This document shows positions 1 through 13,400 of a DNA stretch of 64,000 bases, piece after piece. Made by a program: the position numbers and the translations under genes. The DNA is from Dimorphilus gyrociliatus (Eukaryota; Animalia; Annelida). The notes beneath the pieces were generated by a model. That model saw only the letters and a program-made list of their open reading frames with translations, made no database searches and was not told the DNA's origin. How positions within the stretch are numbered: the first letter of the stretch is position 1; every line of letters begins with the position of its first letter. Location of the stretch: NCBI GenBank assembly GCA_904063045.1, contig CAJFCJ010000002.1, positions 3,343,891 through 3,407,890 on the forward strand. The letters run 5' to 3'.

Positions 1-3000
1 GGCCTACAAAAGGGCCCAACTTGTTCGTCTAACGATTTTTATACAAAACACGTGTTTGTCAATGCTGTCATGCCATAAGTAGGGATAATCCGACAAGATT
101 ATCGACTTAGTAGAAAAATGGTGTAAAAACCGGTTTTATTTACCTGAAAAGTTCAAAAGGGAGAGTAGCAGCAGACAACGAAAACTGGTCATTTTCGGGT
201 CTAAGCCAATTTTCATGTATTTTCGCCCACAATAGTATAAAAATGTTCATTCATTTCTAAACCGTCACTTCTAAGGAGCTTTCATGTAGTTATGATGTCC
301 AAGTATAATCTTTCCTGAGGCAGAAGTATTATCCGATTTTTCCAAGCTAAGATCGCTACACTTTGATGTTGCCTGCCCGATAGCCAAGCGATATAGTGAG
401 AACGGAAACGAGACGCCGACCCAATTTGCATAAGGGTTACCGCCAGATGGCGATTATTTTTTTTTAAAAAAAGGCTGTTCTACATACCGCCTATCCTCCC
501 TTTTGGTAATTCCCCTCAGTATTTGTATCCCTCCCCATGCAGTAAAAGGGCGCGGAAAATGAGACGTATCTCATTATCTCATAACAAAGAATCCATGTGA
601 TTCACGCGCTTCCCAGCGCGTGCATTTTAATAGATCGATTGCGGGTTTTTTTATTAGGGCTGTCGGAATGATTTATATGTTGCGGTATGCGTTTGTTTTG
701 AAATGTAGCGGGCGTGAACATATGTGTTTGTTTTTGTTTCTTGTCTGCTGGGCAGTTGGGGAGGAAGTGAAGACTGAAGAGAGAAGCAGGTTAGCCTAAT
801 TAGGGTGTGTCACGCTGTAATTAATAATCGACCTTGACGGCGTCTCGTTGAGCGAATTCTTTAGGGTATGAGTGGGCTGGAGAATTTCATTTTATATCTT
901 TAAAGCATATCAGTAAAAAGTTACAAAAAAAAGAAGGTTTTAGGTGGTGACTGGCGGACGTATGGCTTTAATTAATGAATGTAGGTTGGAACTTTCTAAT
1001 GGATTTGCAACATTTTGACTTTCTTTACTTTTAATTAGAAAAGATATTGAAAGAAGTAAAAGAAAAATAACAAACTAGCAAAAAATAATCTTATCAATTT
1101 TTAATTTATGGCATAATTTTCTTGTTTGTAATTATAAAATGAACTCTTTCATGTCTTTTTTCCCTTTAGAGTAAGTACACCCGATAGGGTCAATACAATA
1201 GATGAGTCACTTGACATTAATAACCCCCCTCTCTCTGTCTATCTCTCTCTTTTTCTACTTTTTTCCCCCTTCCCTTTCCATAACTTTAATTTACATATGA
1301 TTAATATCTACTTATTAAACGTAATTTCTTTTTTATCTTATAGAACTAAGAAATAAATCATTTAATTAGTCAGCTAAAATTTCTTTAACCTTTGAATGAT
1401 TAAGACAACTCGTAAATTAATAAATCAAGTGGAAAGAATGTCCACTCATTCTATTTACGAGGCCTTATATATATACACAGATGCTGGGGCATAAAATTAA
1501 TCCAGTGGAATGAGTCAAACATTCGCAAGTACCGCTTTGTAAAAGTATATCTCATTAATATATTGCGTTACTTGAATGAAAACAAATAATAAACAATTCA
1601 AAATTCCTTTCTAAACACACACTTGTTTTCTTTTGAATGGACATAAAGTTAATTACAATTTAGATAAGCTAACGTAGACAAAGAGACAATTTGATAGTTT
1701 ATTGAAAGAAGTTGCTTTTGTATATATACAAAGTCTAAAGATTACTCAATTTCACTTAGATGTCGTTAACTTAGAGAAATTCAAAATTCATTCAAAGAAG
1801 AAGAAAAAGTTTTTATAGGGGAAAAAGGGATATTATTTCACTATTTTCCCTTCCCTATTCTATACTTGTACTCTTTTCTTCAACTTATATAGAGTTTATA
1901 TTTTCAGTGTGGGCGAGATGTAATTGACTGTAAACTTAATTTCCAATATGCGGGTATATAAATATGAATTAAATATGGAATGTATATAAATAAATATATC
2001 GACAAAGATCAGGTGGTGCGTTTTAAAGGTTAGGTGAAGCGTAAAAAATCGAATCAGGTGGTACAATTAGTTTTTCTTTGAAAATTCGTAATATAGTTGT
2101 TAGAGATAATAGATGAATCAAGCAATTAACTTTTTAAAATCCTTACAATCCAAAAGGTTTAATCATAATACTCTTTGCACTAGGCTAAATATTAAAGCTG
2201 TTTAGAGTATTGATAAAAAGAAGAATTTCCTCCCATCTGGTACGCAATAAATATAAAATGTTTTCTTTAAAAGTCATCAAGACAGGAGACGGATTTAATG
2301 AATAACAATGATAGTTTTGTAAAAGGTTTTATTTAAATAGAAAAGTTTCCCCCAATATGAATTAAAAGATACTTAAAACGTGTCAGCAGAAATTAATTTC
2401 CCTCAAGTGACCCTCTAAGAGACAAACTGCTGAGTTGAGGACGTAAATCAAATGAGAGTCAAATTATAAGAATTATATAAAATTACACTATTATTTTTGT
2501 TTGTCAACTCGAACAAATTTCCGCTTTTAAACTCTTGATTTACAATCAGTCTATCAAGGGAATTAGTTTTAGGATTGAAAGAGAGTTTCATTGGTTTATT
2601 CGAGACAAACATAGTCCTTATTCAACCTTTATTACTTTTTATATCTTTGTGTTTTGGTTCTTACGAATACATCAAGTATACAAGTACTGAAAAATATGGA
2701 GATTGTAATTAGTGCTGAGAGCGATAATTACCCTTTAAGGTTTAATAGGGCGTAAAAATGTAAGAAAATTGAATTTACGCTAGTGATCATACCTTTTTTC
2801 TGCTTTATTTTTAAATCCTAATTCCTTTTAAGGAGTGTCATTTGGGAATTATTTTTGATTGGTTATTGATAAGGTGTTTTTTTTATTTTGTAGATAAAAA
2901 CGTACATTATATATTTAATGACAACATAAACTAAAGAGATTAAAAAGCTATCATGTAAAAAGAAATGAGGGTAAAAAAAAAGTACGTCAAACTGAAAAAA

Positions 3001-5922
3001 AGTGGATATAATAAGTCGTTTAGTTTCTTTCTTTTTCTCCTTTTTTTTCCTTTACCCATTTAACCTTGTATTTTTCTTTTTAGCACGTAATTGAGAGAAA
3101 CAAAGACAGAAGAAAAAAAATCCGGTACGGTCGACCGCCTCCGAAGACAAGCAGACGTCTATCTTGATATCAGTCACAAGGCGTTCTCATTATCGCTCAT
3201 CTGCATCGAACTTTTTCACGCCCGATCGCCTCTTTGTACGCAACACGTCCGTAATTGTATACGATATTCGATTTTTCTTTGCATCGACCATTCTTTCCTT
3301 CCCGTTCTATTACCCGGACAGCAGATGTAGATTTCCCCTTTCTTTTCACTATACGCCCCCCGTCCTTTCTTTTCTCGCCCTATTAAACTATAATAAGTAA
3401 GTGTATACTTCGATACGGCCGTTCAAAAATAGACGCCCCACTGAAATATTAGCACGTGAAAGCATCAAAGAACTCTTATTATGCCTGTATACACGTTTAA
3501 ATATGCCTCTATTTATTAAATATTGTAAATTAATACGGTTTACTTTCTTAATTTTTGACATAATTGGGTTATAAATATTAATGAAGTGTTTAATACCCAA
3601 CCGTATATAGAATTACTAACAACAGATTTGGGAGATACTTGTCACGTTTCTAGACATTTTCCATAATCTTTGAATAAATTAACAGATATAATTGATAAAA
3701 GATTCCGTTCTTAATCCGTTTTTTTTATGACAGATGATATATTATGTAAGAATTTCAACATCTTTATCTGTTTCCTCCGTAGATTCTATATATAGTTGAA
3801 GTTTGCTTATTTTTTTTATTTTTGTGTTTAAACAACTTGTAAGTGAGGAGAGGAGAGAAAGAAAGAATGAAAAAAAAGAGAGTAAGTTACGGGAAAAAGG
3901 GAAGAGAATGCAAAAGAGGTAATTTTCAATAGAGATAAATGTAGAAGTATGAAAGGACTTAAAAAGTACTTTTGTAATAGTATACAACTTTCGATTTCTA
4001 TCCTATCGACCATTTTTTGTATCGTCCGCTAAGGACTGATATCCTATTCGATAGCCCGAGGGGAACGTATCTGTTGTCCGTTGTTCTTCGTCCCAGTAGG
4101 CCTAATAGGACTGCCTAATTATCGAACGAGTAAAGTGGATGTCGCACAAAGGGCTTCTAGTCAACCCTACTTTTCGCCTTAATTTGATTTGCTTTTTCCA
4201 GAGTAGCGTTTTGTAGAGCTTCATAAAATGTATCACGTGATTACGGCGATAATCGAAAAGGCCATTCAAAAATTAAGATTTGTCACGACAAACATTCCGT
4301 GGCGCCATCTGTTTTGTAATTAAAACATCAATTTTATGGGATGAAAAAAAGGAAATTTACATGACGTAAAACTACATTTGGGAGTAATTTGACAAATAAT
4401 AACTGATAAGTAATAAAATTTCCATACGAAAATGTTTTTATTAATGTAAGAAAATGATTAATATAGTAATAAAATTAATTCTTAAGAAATGATCAATTTT
4501 CAAATAGTATTTAATAGTGTTAAAAACCCAATTATTCCATTCTATAATATTCACCCTTTTAATGAAAAAACAATAAAATTGCTCATTAGTCATCTGCCAA
4601 GCAGATGTAACTTGAATCATATAATTAAGGGGAGTAGAATTAACCCCTAGTACACGTATGTCTCAATCTCATTATTTACCTGATTACATTAAACTGTATT
4701 ATCGATAGAAGACACGGATGCATCTTACGTAATTGCTCTTTACGTAATGTCTTTTTCCATCTAATAAACGACTCTAGCGAATATTTTGATAAGGAAATAA
4801 TAATCTCTAAGTAGAAAATTGCGTGTATCTTTGGACAGATGTAATGGAAAATATCTTTAACTATTCAATTAAATAGACGGGTCAAATGGGTTTTCATTAG
4901 TCGAATACTATAGAATAATGTTTCTTTTCTCTTACAAACAGCGTATTATTCATCTCTAACGAGATCTTTAAATGTACGTGGGGAATACGAAACTCTAAAA
5001 AGATTTTCATCACATTCTAAACCTCTTTATCTCTTTTTACTCTCAAAATCTTCGATACACATTTTATACGCCTATAGAAAAATCTTTCACTTCATTAGTA
5101 ATAATTCATAGAAATTTGGGGCTTTTTCTTTTAATAATACAATAATTAACATTATTCTGTGATGATACAAATTGTGATCTAGTAACCAGACATGATAGCT
5201 GGCTACGTGTAATTCTTCAATTATCTAGTATCAAATAAGGTAGAGGAGGGGATGTACAGTATGTCAATACGATATAGTACACTAATCTCAATATTTAATT
5301 CATAAATTTCTCCTCCAAGTTATTATAGAAAGATTATAAGATTATATTTATAACCAGGATGAGATGATCATATTTGCATACGAAAACAGCGGCAAAAATT
5401 TTGTATTTATTTTAGATCAAAGCCACGGAATTTCCTTTTAATCCTAAATAATTCAAAATAAGAGTTAGATACAACATGTTCTTTCCTTTTTTCTTTTACC
5501 TCTGTTAATAGCACAATGCTATTTGAGCAAAAATTATATATAAACTATAGAAGATAAGCGTATTATATAACTTTGAATTAAAGTTTTATTATTTCTATTA
5601 ATAAATTACGAAAAGCAATATTTTCTCATTGTTTATTAATTTATTACAATAACTATAAGCAATTAACAATTATATTTCTAAAAAAACAATAACAGTAAAT
5701 ATTGGTCGACTTCTGATAAAGTTATAAATTTAATCAAAAACATTGTTATATTATTATAACGAATTTTTATATATGCAAAATTTCTTTCATTCTCTATATT
5801 CTCATCTCTCTCTACCTCTTTCACTCTCTTATACAAGCTTTCTTTATAGTTTTTATTTATTATTTAGTTATATTATGAATATTAGTATTTCGAAAATATT
5901 TGTATAGTTTACTGCTCAATCT

Positions 5923-8900
5923 CTAAAGCAAATCCATATAAAATTGCCTCTCTTTTTCAATATCTTCTGCGCTCTCTTGACCAACATCGGAATTGAACAT
6001 TTTAACTTCTACTCCTCTCTTCGTTCTAATATAATTTTCAACCAAACCTTTTCCAAGTATTTCTTTTAAGTCATTATCCTCCTCCAAAGCTTTCAAAGCT
6101 TCTTCCAAGGACTTAGGCATTCTAATGACGTCCGGGCCCTGAGCCTTTTGTTCCGGCAATTCCATTTTATGCCTCACTCCATCGATTCCGGCAGCTAGAA
6201 TACTGGCCATTACCAGGTAGGGATTGGCAACAGCTCCTCCTAATCTGTTTTCCAAATATGGTCCAGTACTTGATCCAATCTTTACGCGAACATAGCACTC
6301 TCTAGAGTCTATTCCCCAATTTGCAATATTCGGTGCAGCAAAAGGGCATACTATACGTCTGTAACAATTGTATGTTGGAGCAAGAAAAGCTGTAAGTGCT
6401 CTTGCATGCTTTAATTGACCGGCTAAGAAATATCTGGCTAAATCAGATAGACCATGCTCTTTCGTTTCATCGTAAAATGCAGGTTTTCCATCTTTCCATA
6501 AGGAATGGTTAAAATGACATCCGCTTCCTGCTTTTTTGGCAATCTAAACAAATGAATAAATATGGATATTAGAATAGAAAGATTTTTAAATGAAAAATAG
6601 AAGTATACGATTTAATTGACATTTTAAAGATGTATTTCATTAATTTAATAATTATTTGTTTTGACGAGTTTGTCGTCTTCTTGTAAATAAGTTTTTTTTT
6701 TAATTATGCACCCTATAGTGTACTTTTGCTTACTATTACTAATACACTTACTGGTTTAGACATAAATGTTGCTAAATAGCCTTCGTGTAAACCTAATATT
6801 TCCTTAATACCATTCTTGTAAAGTATAGCTGTATCGGCGCTATTGACACCCGTTTCAGGAGGTACAGTCATTTCAAATTGACCTCCTGCGTATTCTGTAT
6901 GCATATGTTCAATATTTATTCCAGCACCAAACAAATTACTTTCAATTTCGTACATAAATTTCTCGTATTTGGTCCATAAGAAAGCTGATTCGTACTCGTC
7001 TTTATCATAGAGAGAAACATATGAGCCGGATTCGTCTTTTTTCATAATATAATACTCTAGTTCGTATGCTGAGAGAACTTCATAACCCATTTCCTTAAGG
7101 GTCCTTAATTGACGCATAGCTGCGTGTCGAGTGGAAAAATCAGCGTACCTTCTATCCAAGGAGTGTACGTCGGTTAAAACTTCACCAACTTTGTACTTTC
7201 CGCAGCCTGCCCAGGGTAGCGCATGGCAAGTACCTTTTTGAGGAAGATATAACATATCGGGACATCCATTGTCCATCATTAAGCAGTCTTTTGGCAATTT
7301 ATTTCCCAAACTTCCTATTGCAGTCACTATGGAAACAAACGCATTAGCAAAAAACAATTTACAAAAAGTGCTCTAAATAGTATTTTAAAGGTTGTTTCAG
7401 AACTAAGCCTTCTATAGCTTGGCTTCCCTCGCATTACAGAGTTGTAGGCTTAGTATTTCTACTGTAAACATAAATAGATAACGATTTCCTTGGAGGAAAA
7501 GAGCACGCAATTCATAACGTTTCCATTTATTTCTATAATACATTGACATGAAGGGGAATGTTTTTATTGTTAGATAGATAAAATGAGATATTTTAACTAC
7601 TTTGAATTTATATCTTGGAAAAATTTGACTAGAAACGGAAATTTTTAGTAGAAAACCGTCAGTTTTAAGTAACGAATTTATAAAAGAAGCCAATTTTTTT
7701 CTTATTTAATTGCTGGAGCGTTAAATGCTGCTTGGCACCTGCCCCTTTAAGTAGCTTTGATCACGTGATTTCCATTGTAATTTCCAGTATACGGAGATGC
7801 GTCAGTTTGGAATAAAACGATTTTTCTTATTTTAAAAATCAATTAGCAAATATTTGATTAAAATAGAAAACAAAAGAGTTAAGAGAGTTTGCCTAATGTT
7901 AAAAATATAAATATTACTTAGGCATATTCAACCAAGAAACACCTGTGTAGGCCATAAAGGTCAAGAGTCTCATCTTTTTTTTATATTAAAATTTTCTCCT
8001 TTACTTTGTAACATTTCTAAATTTTATTAGCAGAAAAATGCAACTAATGAGTTTCTTTAAAAATACATAGTAAGTTTACTATGTATATAGTATATAAGAA
8101 AGGACTAGTAATAATAAATTAACACGAAGTGGCTGATTGATATCCAATATAACAAACGCATAATTCAATACTTAAGAATTAAAGACTACAATAGTTAGCA
8201 TTGTGATAAATTGATTCCATGGTCAATTAAGAAACTCTACAATTGTGACCTATTTCTTTGTTAGTTCCCACCAACTCAGCTAGGCTTAAAGGAGGTCTGG
8301 TATCATATGATGGAAAAAAAATAAACACAAGAAATTCCGCCCCCCACAGCTCCTCTCTAAAGCAAGCCTTATTAATCTTTTCTCTACGATATTCTTTAGC
8401 ATTCTGTTTTACGTTTGGAAAATTTTTTACTGGAGAAAATAACAATCTTGCTATATTTAGAAAAAGTAGAGAAAAAAATTTCCTATAAGAACTGCAAACC
8501 ATGACAAATCAACAGTGCAAACAATTAACTAGACATAATGGTTGTTTCGAGCGTTCCAGTTCGAAACTAAACAAAATCAAGCCCCTATACTGTAGTAGAA
8601 CTGATAGCCAGTCTAAAGACGAGTAAATTGATTGTGTAGACGCCGCTCTAGCGTAAATGAATTGGGATTTAGTCTAGAAAAATTTTCAATACCAAAGCTA
8701 CAATCTACATTGGCATGACGTCATTCAATTGAATAGATGCAACATGTGGAAACTAAAAAAAATCAATTATTTTTTACAGCATAAGAACAATATAAGTGGC
8801 AAAGAAAATACTGGACAGTTGATAAAAGAGCTTCGAAAATTCGTCTAGTGACGTAGAGGCTCACTTTATCAAAGGGAAACGTTTGTCAAGGACATCGCCT

Positions 8901-9268
8901 GAAACTGTTTCTATTTTATCAATTTTTATCTTACTCTCGAAAAAAATGAAAAAGCATTCAATATTTGTTAAATTTTCATATTTCCTCTAGCCTTTAATAC
9001 TATATAGGCCAGTTTTAGGCTTAAACATATACCGATTATTTAATAGATCATTGCTAAGTTGTTGCTTCAAAAATCATATAAATAATTTACCTCCTGCACT
9101 TCTTATTCCACTTTCCAAAGTAGTCTTTAAATGTCTTTGATGAACAACTTTGCATCTTCCAGTTCCACTCATATCATTGAATGTGAATCTTATGTAGTCG
9201 AAATCTTTTAGTTTTTCATAGCAGTTGTCAACCACTTCCTTTTCATCATACTCCTGAGAACTTGCCAT
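5923..9268 (-). CDS. LGSN: Lengsin-like type-I glutamine synthetase family protein (453 aa, 3 exons)
   Basis: Exons 9268-9091, 7314-6752 and 6543-5923 join in phase through GT-AG introns (1362 nt). GS motifs: YELEY, HTEYAGGQFE, KP..GSGCHFNHSLW, NCYRR, WGIDSR..VRV, and LENRLGGAVANPYL, which is close to the lengsin C-terminal signature. The symbol denotes family resemblance, not proven orthology. Confidence 0.88.
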
Positions 9269-10485
9269 AATTTGCAGAAGAGTTTTTTTGCTATCTGGCT
9301 ACAGGTTGGTTTTATTTTATAATGTACGTATGTACTATCTATGCAGGCTTCAAGTTCGCGCAAGAAGGATCAATGTTTGCAGGTTTTTAAACGATAGGTG
9401 GCTCTGCAAAAAGAAGGCCTTGATGATTAGCATAGTAGCTGTAGTCTTTCAATGAATTTCACTTTATCATAATCAAAAGGCCTATAAAAAAGTAATATTA
9501 AGTATAAATGTTTAATCATTGCAAGGACAAAATCATCTTCATCTAATTCTTTATTGCAGCAATTTTATTATAACAGCAATATATTTTGCTGCCCAAGATT
9601 TATGTAGGTTAAAATATAAATAAGAAATATCAATTAAATTCAATAAGCGTCTTAAATTAAAGACGTAGATAATATAGAAGAATGCTTTATATTCTTTAAG
9701 TTTAAATTTAGAAGTCTATCAGTTAAACAAAACAAAAGTAAAGATTTTAAAAATATGCAATTTACTAAAATATCTACTGTTGCAGTACAGTTACAGCATA
9801 CAAAAGTTACGTTGCTTGCGCCATCTAGTACCCTATTAAAATAATAGTTTAGATTTTTATACGTACAGCATACAATTATCAGTCTATTAGATAAACTTGG
9901 GGTCTTTATTTCTTATAATTATCATTTATTTGACATTGCATTATATTTGAGTTGTTTCGGCGATATTCATATGTTGTAGGTCTTTGTAAAGAAATGATAC
10001 AGACAAAGAATTTTAAGACACATTTAGAGTTTTCTTAGCAAACTAATGAATATATTTATAATCATCCGATAATGGTTTTTACATTAACTTTCAGCTGGTA
10101 ATTAGTTGAAAATTAGATTATTTTTTTTAGTAAAACAGTTTTCTTTTCATTATAAAAATGTCAATATTTATTGGACTTTTTCCAACAATTTTGATGATAA
10201 CAACAATAAATATACTATATATATATACTGTATATATAAATATATAGCATTTAGATAAATTAGCAAACAGTTTTCGTTCATTATCGTATTAAATATAAGT
10301 TATCTTATAAACTTTCTTATCGATATATTATAGAATAAAAAAATTAACTTGAAAATCGATTTACTGTCAAAGAACGATGTGATAGGGAATGTGATATAAA
10401 GATAATTGAATTTGAAGTTTCTTTTTCTTGTTGAGTATAGCACCAAGATCATTTTTACATGAAGAAAAATGTGAATAGTATTACA

Positions 10486-13400
10486 CTAATCTAATTTTTG
10501 AATCGTGCGGAAGATATTTAATAATTCTGAAAAATTAATAGATTTCAACGCTTTTTCTCTATCCTCGTTGCCTGGCTTTTTCCTTGTACCATCCCTACAG
10601 GAAATCATTTTCTTATAGATATATATTTACAGTTTAAAAGGATTTTACAATGTATCACTTACATGAAGAGCGATTGAGGTGGAATGCACTGTAATCTTGT
10701 TTGAAGTGTTTGAAATGCAACACTTTGTGGTAGTAACATTAAAATTCCGTATAAACTCTCAACAAGATAAGGATAGTGTCTAGCTTCTAACAATTGCATT
10801 CGTAAAACTGTTGAAAAAGAAAGAAATGTAAAAATTATGAAAAAATAGAATATTTGTATATTAATATTACATGCAAAAATTGGAGATTCTACTAATTGGA
10901 CAAGCCTGTCCAATTGTAACAATAGATCGACAGTAACGTTCATTTCGCTCACTGCTCTAATCAAGTAGGCTGAGTGCGAATACATTTGAGACAATAGACA
11001 AAGCGCAATAACTGCGAAGGAGTTGTGACAAAATGCTTTATAGAGTATCACAAATAAATCAGCAGCATAGTCGTCCCTTAATTCTCTGAGAACAGTTCGA
11101 ACTTTGTGTAGTTCACTAGAAGTTAAGAGAATATAAGCCAACATTTCAGTAATGTCAGCTGCGAATTGTTTTTCTTTATTATGTGTCTCTAACTTTAAAA
11201 TAATAAGCGCTAAGCACTTGTATATATTTTCAGCACCGAGATAAATGCAGATCTGCCTAATAATTATCATCCCCTTGCCATCTTTCTTGTCCAAAAGTGT
11301 TACATCATTTTTAAATAATTGAATAATTTTTATCATGAAACATGTAAAGTATGCGTTATGTTCATGAGAGTTTTGTAAGTCTGCTAGCACTTGTTCTGGA
11401 ATGTCCATATCAAACTTAGGAGGGACTTGACGTCCAAATGATGATGAAGAAATGTCACTCAGAACCTCTATTGTTAAGTATATTACTCCTTCATCTGGGT
11501 CAGATAAGGCTGACATGAGAAGAGGAAAGAGGTTTTCCAAGTGTCTTAAAACTCTTTGAGGTACTCGTTTCTGAAGATGGGCGATCCAATGCAAAGCAGC
11601 AATCCTAGTTGCTACAGATTCGTGCGCCATCTGATGAGTTAAAGCAGAAACAACTGCTGTCATGTTAAAATGATAATCATCTTTTATAGCGGGAGATCTG
11701 TAAAGCAATAAAAATATATTAAAATAGGAACTAAAAGGGAATATTAGCAAATGTGTAATTACTTGTCTAATTCAACTTCATTGGGGACAGGTCCTCCATC
11801 ATAAGAAACTTGTTCTTCATTCTCGTTGTCAGGTTTATTGTCCTCATCAGCTGCAGCTGCTACTGATGATTGTTCATCTAAACAAAAATTTTATAACTAT
11901 TACAATTTGTTTACAAAAGCGCTAAAAATTGTTCCCAACTATTTAAAAAATTACATACTCGCTAAAAATTACTGAATTACGTCTACTTTAAAAAAACAAT
12001 TGAAATACTATGAGATAAAAATTGTCATAATCGATCTTATCTTTCTCTCATTTTAATAAAAACTTCAATGATTTTAATATTATAAATTTTAGTATGTTTA
12101 ACAAGCAGAATTTATAAAAAAAAAACAATTATAAGAAACGGAACTTAATATATGGAAATAAAAAAAAAACCAAGTCTAATTATATAAAATAAGTCAACTA
12201 TAGATGGCAGATACAAAAGGCTAACCTCGTCTTCCAGGAATATAACGAGACAATCATTTAATCGCATAAAATTATTTCCTACTACTAATTTATATGGTAT
12301 TAAATGATTTTTTTTCATAAACTTTTCAATTACTCTAAATGCTAACCAGTATATATGGCTATTTCCTTTTCCAATAGTTAAACATAGGTAAAAGGTAATA
12401 TTATTACTTTTAATTTGATTTTTCTTAATTAATCATCGTTAGATGCACAATCCTTTCATCGTGTATGGATATATTTTAATATTGACGATATCATCATTAT
12501 ATAGAACAACTACTACCATATAGTTTTTTATAATTACAAGATATTCTTTTAGTATTTGAGTGAGTATATTAACTCGTGTATAATTGAGAGTATGTTAGTT
12601 TGTAGGAGAAATAATAAAAGTTAGAGAGATATCTTGATAAGTCTTTAATTGACAAATTATTTTACTGTTTCGTGACGTTGACTAATTTGTTAAAAAATAC
12701 TTAATTTTGTGAGACTTAATTAATTTCTCCTGCTTACCCGCACTTAAGGGATTATCGTCGTCATCGGTTAATAATTTCATTATACTAGCTTGAACCTTAT
12801 CAGCCCGATCTCTAACCTCTGAAGAGAAAGAAATTACGAATTATAGGGTAATTTTATATCCAAAATCTTCTTCTAAAATTTCTTTATTTTTTAACGTGAG
12901 TATAGTTAAAAAAATTTTGATTGAGCTCATGGCACATTACCGTTCTTATTGCTTTCCTCGTAGGCAAGACACGGAAGTAAAGAAGATATAGTGCTAGCTA
13001 TAACAGGAAGGATAGCATCCCTTCCGCCCAATTTTACAAATTCTTCCAGCCAGTTGATAGCCATAGATTGTATTCCAGAATCTGTTGATATAGAAATCGT
13101 TTGTTTTTGATAAGAAAAAATGAGAGTAGAAATAATTAGTAGAATTCTTACCACTACTCTGACAATGTAACAAAATAATGTTGACCATAACGTGATAATC
13201 AACATTTTTACTTTTACCCTCCGAAATATTTCTTAAAAGTTTCCTTAGGCATTTTTTACATCTGATAAAAAAGAAGGAAATACTTTAAAAGTATATCTTT
13301 GATTTATTTTATATAAATAATTACGCTTGCTTGACATCCTGATGATTATCACCCAATATTTGGAACAGACCATCAAGCAATTGAGGCAAAAATACTATCA

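Noticed and set aside
7412-7693. 93-aa ORF and E-box (about 7761) inside GS intron 1 as a nested gene
   Set aside because: The ORF starts at TTG, has AT-rich intron-like composition and shows no recognisable domain. An alternative promoter is possible but unsupported.
5923-9268. Bacterial contamination or recent HGT of a GSI-type gene (the same idea was considered for the Cys-free TSP3 gene)
   Set aside because: Both have canonical spliceosomal introns, host-like base composition and eukaryotic neighbours; lengsin-like GSI genes are known in animals.
10091-10103. TCAGCTGGTAATT resembling miR-216/283-family sequence
   Set aside because: Short partial match with no complementary arm for a precursor hairpin.
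10486-10594. VAC14 lacking the mammalian C-terminal extension
   Set aside because: Only a short, poorly conserved tail is missing; the conserved INFSELL..F helix is intact.
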